Of a stretch of 64,000 nucleotides of DNA, positions 24,901 through 60,724 are shown piece by piece (positions within the stretch are counted from its first letter, which is position 1; each line of letters begins with the position of its first letter). The position numbers and the translations under genes were made by a program. The stretch spans positions 1-64,000 of the forward strand of contig JAAILG010000589.1 in assembly GCA_012026655.1 (NCBI GenBank), given 5' to 3'. This DNA is from Hydrolagus affinis (taxonomy: Eukaryota). The notes beneath the pieces are model-generated. The model was given only the letters and a program-made list of their open reading frames with translations. It was not told the DNA's origin and ran no database searches.

Positions 24901-27900
24901 GTAATGTATCAATTGCAATCTGCCTGGTGCTGCAAACCCATTTGACCCTTCTCAGAACGCCTTGTATTGCTGTCTGTTTCACTAGCTGGGTTCGGAAATG
25001 AATTCAGCATTTTATCTGCTTGGTACAGTTATCACTATTTTCGCATTCCGAGCCGCTAGCGAAAAAATCGACACTGTTGATTTCAGTCATCGTTGTCGGG
25101 CAATGAAATGTAACAGAAATTGCTACGCTTTAACGGTTAGTCGTGATTAGTTGGAGTAGGGGAAGGGAAAGATATTTTTGTGGTTAGAAACACACAATGT
25201 GCTGGATAAAAAACGTCCGATTTCACAGATAAAAATACGATATGTTCCGTAAGATTCTGATTACATTGTTAATACATTGTCAAAAGTGCAAGAGAGGATC
25301 AAAGCGTTTTTACATTGTATTTCTGGTTATTGAATTCTGATTTCCTCACCCCAAATTATACTGCTTAAGCTATTAATATCAATGATAAATTATACTGCGT
25401 AAGCTATTAATATCAATGATAAATTATACTGCGTAAGCAAATAATATCAATGATAATTGCAATGGCGGTGTAATTGCATTCTCACTGTATGGATAACTGG
25501 TGTAAGGTACTGGGGCATGTTTTGGAACTGATTGCTGACAGCTCTGTCACTTAAGGGCATTTGCAAATGAGTTAGTGATATGGGCCAGGATGCAAATGTT
25601 TCTCTTGTCTGTGTAAAGCAAGTCACACATGTGTTCTTCTATTTATTCATTGTATTTTTGTAAAACTTGTCTCTGAACTAAACAATCCATTTTTTTTACA
25701 CTTACTATTGGACAATGAAATCAGGGAGTAACATTCTTTCTGCTGACGTGAAATTCTATATAGTCTTAGGACGGTAAGGTCATTTTTGTCTTAAAGATTG
25801 TACTGAATTGTGAAAAGTTCTTCAATCTAGTCCTAATTTGGGACCCAGTTCACTTTAAGAACATGATCGGACTGAATTTAAATGTTTTCCACCATTCTGC
25901 GTGAATGTGAAGGCAAGAGGGTCTTAAATGGTTAGGGCTGAGTTGAATTTCAGGCCTTGCGTATTTGGATGAATTGCAGATCTTGAAAATACACTCATAT
26001 GTGCAAACTATCGAAGGGTTAATGTCAGCTGTGGGGCTGAAATAATAATAATCCTTGCTTTTGGTATAGCATCGTATGATATCTGGGAGATATCTCAAAG
26101 CCCTTTCAGGATATTCTGTACTGAGTTACCACCGCCAGAAGAGCTACCACCGCAGTCCCCAACCAGTTGGTGAAGCTGAAAGCAAAGTTGAATGCCCAGT
26201 GCGACTTGTGTTAATCTTTTACCATTCTAATTTACCTATAGACAAAACGTCGTGGAAGACAATCTCGTTTCGTACAGCAGGATGGTCCCTGGAATCGAGT
26301 GCACTTCAGAGAATCCAAAAGTGGGAAACAGGTTGGTGGCAGCTTTAATCCGATGCTGCAAGTGGTTTAAAAGCAAGCAACACAACAACCTGCCTTGTTC
26401 GCCACCCCCACCTCTCCCCCAAGCCCATCGCACCAGTTCCAGAACATGACAAAAAAGTGGTTTCTAAATTAAGAATGAATTTAGGCCAGCTCCACCGACA
26501 GCTCCCTATCACATAATTGATCTATTTCAAATCCCTTCGTGCCTTGGCATCTACCTACTTCTCCAAACCGCTTAATCCCTAACCCACCGCCTCTGTTCGA
26601 CTGGCTCCAGCCTCCTACATGTCCTCCATTCTACCTTCGGTAAACAAACTTTAGGCACTGCAAGCCGAAACTCTGGAATACCCTTCCACTATCCCTCCTA
26701 CTTGCCCCCTCCTTCTCCATCTTCAGATCACACCTAAAGACCCTCCTCTTTGACCATGCCTAAGGTCACCTCCCCCCTCTCCCACCTCCAGCTCGTCCTC
26801 ATGCTCCACCAATGGTTCTTATTGAGCAACACAGATTTGTTTCTGAGAGATTGGAAGCTTTTAGGCCCATAGGTTGCAAACAGCAATTTAGCGAATTGCA
26901 TTATTTGATGATAAGTGTCCACTTTACTTTGGATCTCCTTTACATCCTGATTACTACAGTGACATGTTTGAATGTCCTTTGTGTCACTGTTGTGTGTGCA
27001 TTCACTTTGGATAGCAGTAGGGATTAAGCATTAACAGTTCTTACATAGATGGTCCAATACACAAACAGGACATTTGTCCCAATTAGTCCACACAGGTATT
27101 TACACTCCACTCCTATTAATGCTTTAATGTTGGATGTCACAGCCTGGAAATTGAACTTGAGCTTTCCTTATATCGTTTTTATTTGATCGATTTGGGGAGT
27201 CACAAAATTAGTTGGGACGAAGATGGCCCTTCAAGCCACCTATTCTCATCCTTCTTGAATACCCACGATCTGTCCCTCCCTTCTTCCCTTCCCATCATCA
27301 ATATTTTTTGTTTGAAATGAATCCAACAGTGTCTTGTCCACCCTTCCTGGCAATCCGTTCCATGCCAGCTTTTCTGCCGAGAGATTGAATGAGCAGGGAG
27401 AAATCCACAAGGGGTCAAATATTGAATGGACTGTGAATAGAGTGGGCTTGATGGGGCCAAATCATTCTTTCATCACTCCGTGTTTTCTTAAATTTTTATA
27501 ATCTTGGTCAAGATAGAATTCAACCATCTTGTTATTTTCTCCAAACACTGGAGACAGGAGTGTGCGTGGAGTCTTTATAACATGCAAAGGATCAGTGGCT
27601 ACCTGTATGACTTTTTTTTCTTTGCACCATTAGAGCATCAACACGTATGGATAATTGGCTTCCTGGGGTCAAGAGCCCCCTTTTAAGGTCACTAAAAAAG
27701 CAAAATGAATTGAACGTGTGCTGGTTCATTTACATTGGCAGTACTTTCACCAGTTACCGATTTACTGACTGAAAAATAGATTGCTCCCATAATACGTCGA
27801 CTAACAACTGGCTGTTTAGCTGCAATTGGTAGGAATAGCACGCCTTTTCTAGCAAATACTTATTTAATGAATTACATATTTTGTGATTGAATTTCCATTA

Positions 27901-30217
27901 AACACACAGCAGAGGAACGAACAAAGGTGTGCGTAAGCTTGCTTTACTTTCCAAAATTTGGTGAATGTTTTATTTTTGTCCGACATATAATTTACAACTT
28001 CAGTTACTTCCTTCATACATAGTTTTGAAGGATGTGTTGTCATAACAGGCACAGCCAAGAGACAGTCTGGATATCAACCTTAGTTCCATTTACGATCATA
28101 ACAATGATTTTTTGAAAACGAAGAATGATGTGGTTTACCAAAAGGCGTCCTGTGATCCTCAAAAGTAAGTCTCTTCTTGTCAAAATGTGTTTGATGCCAC
28201 TTGGTTTCAGTCCACGTGCATTTTAACAATTTAAAGCCTTCAAGTTATATGTGGCTTTATAGTTAAGGGGACAGAGAAAGATCATTCAAGCATTAGACAA
28301 GAAAAAGACAATTCAGGCGTAAGACCGGGGAACTGGGAGTTGTGGCAAAAAATGTATAAATCATGTTAGCTTCGGGATTTAATTAATTATAACCGAGGGC
28401 ATGAATAAGAAAACTAGAACTCACAATTCTTTAGTAAAGTAGATCATTGTGCCAGACATTGAGGCGACAATGCTTTACACAGTCAGCTTCTTAGTGCATT
28501 AGCTGGCTTGCCAAACAAAAGGACTGGGCGCGAAATCCAAAATTAAGTTTCAGCTTTTTAATATTATTAAAGAACCTGTTACGCTATTTCCTCAATAAAA
28601 TTTAAAAAAAAACACTCCCATGAAAATTCTTGCCTTCCTCAATTCTTGTTCTACTACATGACAGGTAAAGTCATGTAGCTTAATTATTAAAGCACTCGCC
28701 TCGCAAGCGAGAGACTTAGGTTCGATTCCCGGCAGAGCGAAACCATGGCGAATATTCTTACTCCACACACACGTCTCTATTTACCTAGTAGTGAATAGGA
28801 ACCTGGTTGGTAGTTGTTTGCTGGATTGTTTTCCTGGGGGTAATAATGTCTGCAAAATAAAATTGGTTACTCAATACGTGACTGTTTGTGGGACACTGCT
28901 GTGCCCAATTTACTCACAATTTACAGTACATTCTGTGAAGCGCTTTGAGATGTCTCGAAGACGTGATAAGGCTCTATATCAAATGCGAGAACTATTATTA
29001 TTATTATTATTATTAATTGGACCACCTCAAGAAGTTTTAGGGTTCACTGGGCAGTAGAATTGAGATCTCCTTGGACTGACCTGCTTATATTGCAAAATTG
29101 CTAGTCAAAGTCCTGCTGAAACCATCTTCTTAAGGTGGTCGAGAAACAGATCAAGTTGAATCAGTTGAGTTGTAAAACATAGAACGTAACATTCCACCCG
29201 CAAAGGATACTTCCATTAACAATGTGAAGCTACAACTTAATTATTTGATGCACTGTGAATAATTTACAGAGGATGTAAGTTCATGAAGAAGAGTGGAGTT
29301 CGGGAAGAATATAACATTTATGATGAGATCAACCGGGAAAAATATCCTAATGATGGATTAAAATTGGAAACGTCATCTCTCTATCTACGGGCAAAAACTC
29401 CCCCAAGAACCTGGGTGGCACCAAGAAGAGAATCCTTTCAAAGTGTAGAAGGATCAATAGGTAAGATGTCAGTTCATCGCAAATCAAGCTCTCTTGCTTG
29501 CGAGGCGAGTACTCTAATGATTAACCTCACTGACTTTACCTGTAGAACAGAACAGAACATCATTGTGGTTTGGGTAAAGAAGGCCCATTGATTTCATCCT
29601 TCCAGAGTACCCATCCCTCCTGCCTTTCCCATCGCAGCAAACACATTTAAATTCTGTCTCATTCAATTTGGAAGCAGGCTTCCTGCAGTTCTTTATCAAT
29701 AAAAGATTCCAAATGACAACTTAACTTAAGAATTTTTATCAGGAGAGTTACGGCCTCAAAAATACAGTCGATTCACTTCACAGTATATTCGGTGAAGGGC
29801 TTTGAGACGTGATATTGTTGTTGTTGTGATAAGGCACTATATCAAATACAAGGATTATTATATTTTAGCCAGGACACTGAGAAACACCTTTCTCTATTTG
29901 AATGGTTTCACAGAAATTTTTAACATTCGCTTATGCGGTGTACGCCACAGTCAAAAGCAATATAGTTGCGATGCAAGTGAATATCTGGAATCACACATGT
30001 GAAAACAAAGTGTAAGAGATCTGCTGGGACACGCGGAATCATGCTCGGAATCCGTTTCCCTTTTCCAAGAGAATGAAAGAAAATAAACGGAGGGATTGTA
30101 TTCTTTGGCACCATTTTACATCATTATAATCCTTTTTTCTCCTCAGGGACCCAGCACACAGCTGCCACCAACAGGGGATATTCAAGGAAGTTTGATGGAG
30201 GATATTTTTTTTCCTAA
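24820..30217 (+). CDS. CFAP276: CFAP276 (C1orf194), cilia- and flagella-associated protein 276; 5 coding exons, about 182-192 aa
   Basis: The exons give MPSTRDPYPFPRFENDDDF / QQDGPWNRV / PRDSLDINLSSIYDH / WVAPRRESFQSVEGSI / HTAATNRGYSRKFDGGYFFS*. These match the remembered human C1orf194 motifs MPPTRDPF, QQQEPWSRL, PKDDLDF, WINPKKESIHSIQGSI and HTAATNGGYSRKKDGGFFST. Splice phases are consistent. Confidence 0.9.
25353..25454. repeat. 34-bp tandem repeat x3
   Basis: aaattatactgc(t/g)taagctattaatatcaatgat repeated three times, in CFAP276 intron 1. Confidence 0.92.
26242..26331 (+). CDS. CFAP276: CFAP276 exon 2 (3' end uncertain: 26331 or 26361)
   Basis: ctatag|TKRRGRQSRFVQQDGPWNRVHFRESKSGKQ|gttggt; an alternative phase-0 donor CAA|gtggtt at 26361 adds VGGSFNPMLQ. 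Confidence 0.7.
28049..28164 (+). CDS. CFAP276: CFAP276 exon 3
   Basis: taacag|AQPRDSLDINLSSIYDHNNDFLKTKNDVVYQKASCDPQ|gtaagt; an alternative in-frame acceptor would start the exon at 28055. Confidence 0.87.
28672..29014 (+). mobile_element. SINE copy, same family
   Basis: gcactcgcctcgcaagcgagag...ggttcgattccc head; Deu-like core; (TAT)n tail. Confidence 0.82.
29270..29460 (+). CDS. CFAP276: CFAP276 exon 4
   Basis: ttacag|(K)GCKFMKKSGVREEYN...PPRTWVAPRRESFQSVEGSI|gtaaga; phase 2 in, phase 1 out. Confidence 0.83.
30147..30217 (+). CDS. CFAP276: CFAP276 exon 5 (terminal)
   Basis: cctcag|(G)TQHTAATNRGYSRKFDGGYFFS TAA. Confidence 0.93.
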
Positions 30218-30393
30218 GTTGTTGGAAGTTTAAGCAACAAGTTCCTACCAAGACTCCAGTTAAGGCTCATCACCGATCAGCTACAACATAAGATACCATT
30301 GTATCGAGTCAATTAGAAGCATCATTACCAAGTCGATTCTTAGAAAATAGGGTCTGAATAGGGTCTTACTCTCATTATTGATGCCACGGGAGA

Positions 30394-30432
30394 AATAAAT
30401 AGTTGCAGTAATAAAAAGTGTTGGTTTTGTAT
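30394..30432 (+). terminator. CFAP276 polyadenylation signals
   Basis: AATAAA at 30394-30399 and 30410-30415, followed by a GT/T-rich tract (gtgttggttttgt). Confidence 0.65.
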
Positions 30433-31238
30433 ATTTGTTATGTTTCGGTTTTATTCTAAATCTGTATAGATAATTCTGAGCAGACAGGATTTTGGTTTAA
30501 CATCTCATCCAAAGAATGGCACCTCCAACAATGCGGCACTCCCCCAGAACTGTACTGGTGTGTCTTTTCACCTAGGATAAAGATGTGGTGAGAAGTCAAG
30601 CAAGGGAGAGGGGAAGCGAAGTAGAGCAATGGGAGAAGTGACCAAGAGGTAGATTTTATGGTTGGACTTAAAAACAGATAGAGAAGTGGTGGAGTGGGGG
30701 TGGAGTGGTGGTGGTGGTGGGGGGGGGGGGGCTTCTAGTGGTTGAAGGCATAAACAAAATGATGTAGAGAATCTTGTTGTTTAACTGTTGGGAAAGAGGG
30801 ATTCATTGGAGCATGCCATTCAGAGACGATCTTCTGAAAGGTTGCTAATATTAAATGCCAGGATTGTTATTTCATTTTCATTACAGTATTATTATCTACA
30901 GTCTTCCATATGTTGATCATTTTAGGGGTATTTTAGAGGTATTCTTGTTTTAAGCACTCCACGATGCTGCCTCGGATAAGGGCGCTGTATAAATTTAAGT
31001 TGTTATTATTGTGTGTAAATTTTATTAAATCATTCCATAAGTCATATCTTGAGGCTATCTTGCACCTAAGAAATAACTAAGAAATAAAAAACTTTTTTTA
31101 AAAAAAGTATGTGCCTCCATTTATTATTGTTTTATGAAGTTCTAAAAACAACAACAAAACAATTTGTATCAAACAATTGAATTATTCCCTCTATTTTAAT
31201 CTTTATTCCACCTGCCTCCACCATTTCACTCATTCACT

Positions 31239-31512
31239 GGAGTCCTGTAGCTCACTGGTTAGAGTACTTGCCTTGCAAGTGTGAGACCTATGTTCGAATC
31301 CAGGCAGGGCGAAACCTTGGGCAAGTTTCCTTACCCTACACGTCTGATAATAATCCCTCAAAAAACCCAATAATAAATTGGCTGCTGCGTTTAGCCCCAA
31401 AAATGAACAGTCAATTCACCTCCAGAACAGTGTATTCTGTGAAGCTTTGAGACCGTCTAAATGAGGCCGTAAAAAACGCTATATCAAATGCAAGGATTAC
31501 TTTTATTATTAT
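31239..31512 (+). mobile_element. SINE copy, same family
   Basis: ggagtcctgtagctcactggttagagt...gttcgaatcc head; tail ...aaatgcaaggatta. Confidence 0.85.
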
Positions 31513-31599
31513 TTGCAATTTTTGGGGGGTCAGCCGGGTGTCTACCGTATGCAGAAACACTATGCTTAAGAGTATCCAAACCAAACAGAGTTCCACACA

Positions 31600-31737
31600 T
31601 CAAAACGCAAAACACTTCAGATGCTGGAAATCTGAAACAAAACCGGAAGTTGCTGGAAACACTCAGCAGGTCAGGCAGCATCTATGGAGAAAAGAAAGTG
31701 AGTGAACGTTTCTAGTCCACAACCCTTTATCAGAACC
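31600..31737 (-). mobile_element. Penelope-like retroelement terminal fragment with a degenerate hammerhead (CUGAUAA)
   Basis: gatgctggaaatctgaaac...ctcagcaggtcaggcagcatc...aacgtttc...cagaac is the reverse complement of the 36850-36952 element. Confidence 0.65.
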
Positions 31738-33637
31738 CTTTCTTCCATGTATCCCACCTACACATGGAAATTCCTGAGATATTTATTGGAATGTAATGCA
31801 CACTCTCTCCCTGGAAGGATTCATCTTGCTTACCTAATTCCAGAGAGTTCTAGGCACAGGTTGGCAGAAGCCAAGACTCGAAGACCCAAGTGTGTGTTGT
31901 GGGCACTGTTGGAATCAAACCAGATAAAAACACAGAGTTTGCCATTGATAGGATTGGTTGGCAAGCTTTCCTGCTGCTCATCCAGCTAGGACCAAACAAC
32001 CAGTTTGGCTTGGCTTTGGTTTTGGCTTCCAGGATTGACAGGAGATGTATGGGAAGAATCTCTTCCCCCAGTAACTGTTCTATCCTTTCAAGTCCTACCC
32101 ATGCGTCAGGCTAGCTGGGCTGTCATCAGTAGTGCATTAGAGCACTGTGAAATCCACCTTGGATCCACTTCAGCTCCGAGGAGATCCCACTTGCCTCTCC
32201 CTCCCTGCCACTCTCCCTCCTTCCCAAGAAGGATAGTCATTAGTTTGCACATGTCCAATTGATTGCATTGACCAGAAAACACTCGATACGCTTACCTCAC
32301 AATGCAACTTGAATGACTCAGGGAGACACAATAGTGTACATTGACCCTAAATGTAAGCATAGTTTGACTTTTAATTAGCATGATAAGTTCTGCTTAACCA
32401 TAAGGGGAAAGCTAGTATTCTCTGGTTACTTTTAGAAGTTAAGTGAAACTGCAATCAACTGTGGATGTCCCACCGTAATCTCAAGAGTTATTGGAAGGCA
32501 AAGGAGCATCGTGTGTCCATTAGTTTCTGGACTGGAGATTTGAAAAGTGGGTTAAAAAGTGGATCAAGCTCTCGTGTGGTGTAATACTGAACTGTGCAGA
32601 CCAGGAAGATGGCAGTTTCAAACCCTGGTCTGTGTTGATTTAACTGATCTCAGCTTGGGTAGCAATATGAGTGTTACTATTGGCTTCATTGACCATGGGC
32701 TAGGAAAGAGATATGATGTGGTTTCTTCCTCTTGTCATCCAGTAACTCCTGCTGGAAAGTCCATGTGTATGGACTTTTGAGTAAGAACGGGAGCAGGCTC
32801 AATGTGATTGCCTCAGATTTGATGCTCCAAACCTCCCTCCGCTCTTTCGCCTCGTTTCCCCTCTAACTTCCTGCTTTAAAATCTACCTCTTTGTCCATTA
32901 TTTTACCTGAAGGGCTCCAGATGTGGATTCTACATGTATTCTATTCTCAGTATCAAACTGATTTGGATGTAGAGTGAATAATCCCTATTGGCGATGCAGC
33001 CTCTTATCTTTATTGGTCGAAAGTGCAAAGAATACTTTGGGTCTTAGGAGTTTGTACCTTGTAGAAAAGAGGAAAATGGTATAATTCTGAAAAAAAAGTC
33101 AGTTTTTATATACCCCCCCCCCCCACCTCGAACAAATAATAATCCTTGCGTTCGATATAGCGCCTTATCACGTCTCCGGCGCCTTGGGGCATTCCCCCCG
33201 ACATGAAAAGCGCTTTATAAATGTAATTTTTGTTGTTGTTGTTCAGAGACGTCTCAAAGCGCTTTGCAGAATACACTGTAAAGTGAGTTGACCGTATAGA
33301 TCAGTGGGCGAAACGCCGCCGCCAGCCGATGGCGCACGGCAGTGTTCCGCAAACAGCTGTGGATTGGCGGTGACCAATTTATTATTCTTTTTGGGTGGTG
33401 GGGGGGGGTGTTGGAGGAAGTGAATTATTACCCCTGGAAAAATCCTGTGTCCCTGTCCCCATCCCCTCCCCCGCCCCACCCCCAAATCCAATCCAATCCA
33501 ACCAACCTACCCAAACCCTTTTTACCAGTGAAACAATTGGAAATAATGAATCCATTGGGTTTGGAATGAAAGAGGAAAGGGGGAGGGTGGGGGGCAGAGA
33601 TCAAACTCCACCTAACGGTAATGAGCGGATACTTCAT

Positions 33638-33876
33638 CTGACTGATGAACTCGGGCTCCGCCCTGTTGGTGGGGACGAGTACTGCAGCTGAGTGTTGAAC
33701 TCGGGCTCCGCCCTGGCGGTGGTGGATCCGGTACTGCACCCTGCCCACCCCTCTTTCTCTCTCTCTCTGTGTATGTGTATATGTGTGTGTGTGTGTGAGA
33801 CAGAGAGAGAGAGACGTTAAGAGGAGCCAGCGGTGCGCGTGCGCGGAGAGAGCCCGCCTTTCCCGGCTCCTCAGAC
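33638..33876 (+). promoter_or_regulatory. SRPK1 CpG-rich promoter/5'UTR with duplicated GC boxes and an NRF1-type site
   Basis: GGCTCCGCCC at 33654-33663 and 33704-33713 within a 50-bp-period duplication; TGCGCGTGCGCG at 33834-33845 matches YGCGCAYGCGCR on the minus strand; local CpG enrichment. Confidence 0.65.
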
Positions 33877-59603
<25,727 letters not shown>

Positions 59604-60657
59604 CAACCAAATTCATTGCTCTGCCCTCAGCTCAATACAGCACAGGTTCATTCACTTCAACAGATACAAATATATCTGTAAAGGCTGCTTCAATCTTTAG
59701 GCAGAATTTACAAACGTTTAGTTTAAAACAAAAAGCAGGAAGTGGGGTGGGTGGGAGTGGGGTGGGGGGAATGTCAGGACTTGGATTTGCAGAGAATACG
59801 TGCAGTCATTAAAAGCTGCAGTTTGTTAGCTGCTAATGAAAAATAATTTTAGACTACATTCAACAGTTGTGCTGTTCATAACATCTTGACAGAGTGCGAG
59901 TATAAACTTATTTCAAAACCAAATCTGAAATGTTTGCCGAGGAACTGTAATATTTGCAAACACCTGCATAATGAAACTAGAGGCAGCATAAGATCAAACG
60001 TACTCTTATACTCGTACCAAAGAGTTAAGCTAGCTGTGTTTTTTCGTATTTCAGTACATTGACCATTAAATTGGAGATTAACTAGTAAATTAACTGCTTT
60101 TTTTGCTTTGGAATGCCCTGTGGCCCAGTCTCATGCTTTCTACAGTAGTTAAGCCTGCTCACGATCCATCCAGGCTTTGCACTAGGCGTTTGTGTTCCTG
60201 TTGTCTGTAGGTGGGTTGATAGCTGAGTAACCAAAGTAGTTGAGTATATTTCCTGTGTATTCACACTTACCAGCTTTACCGACTGCCATTCCTGGAACAG
60301 CACCGTAGAAGAAGGCATTCTGTCAGTGACTGTTAAGCGCTTAAGTGTAACTGAAATTTCTGGGAGAATTTTATTGTTGGAAGAACTGCACGATATAGTG
60401 GGAAACAAACTCCATTTAATTTCTCCTCTCTCTCGTGTGTTTATTTACTCCAGGTCTTAGCAATGTAACATTGTATTTAAATATTACTGTTTATATTGAA
60501 GTTGTCCCATTTTGTGTTCTGTGTAACATCTGTCCCCAAAGCAACTGTTTAAAATCTACTTGAGAGCATATTTCCAGGAAGATTGGCTGGAATGAACCAT
60601 TTTGGTCGTGTGTTTTATTACATTTGCAACGTGGCTTGTTTACCTAAATTTTGAAGC

Positions 60658-60724
60658 AATAAAATTCTTTTTTTTGCGCATTTACCTTCATGTACATTTA
60701 AAGGAAGTTGAATTTGTAAATAAA
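60658..60724 (+). terminator. Candidate SRPK1 polyadenylation signals
   Basis: AATAAA at 60658-60663 and 60719-60724, about 1.1 kb after the stop; another at 62017-62022. Confidence 0.5.

Noticed and set aside
25353-25454. 34-bp repeat x3, superficially CRISPR-sized
   Set aside because: Head-to-tail with no spacers, in a eukaryotic intron; an ordinary minisatellite.
31239-31312. tRNA-like sequence (A and B boxes, TGC at the anticodon position); similar heads at 28672, 39650-39721 and 42687
   Set aside because: Each runs directly into the SINE body and lacks a proper acceptor stem, so these are SINE heads rather than tRNA genes.
33643-33691. TGATGA...CTGA resembling a C/D-box snoRNA or a hammerhead core
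   Set aside because: Only about 50 nt, in a promoter rather than an intron, with no GAAA after the stem; explained by the 50-bp duplication.
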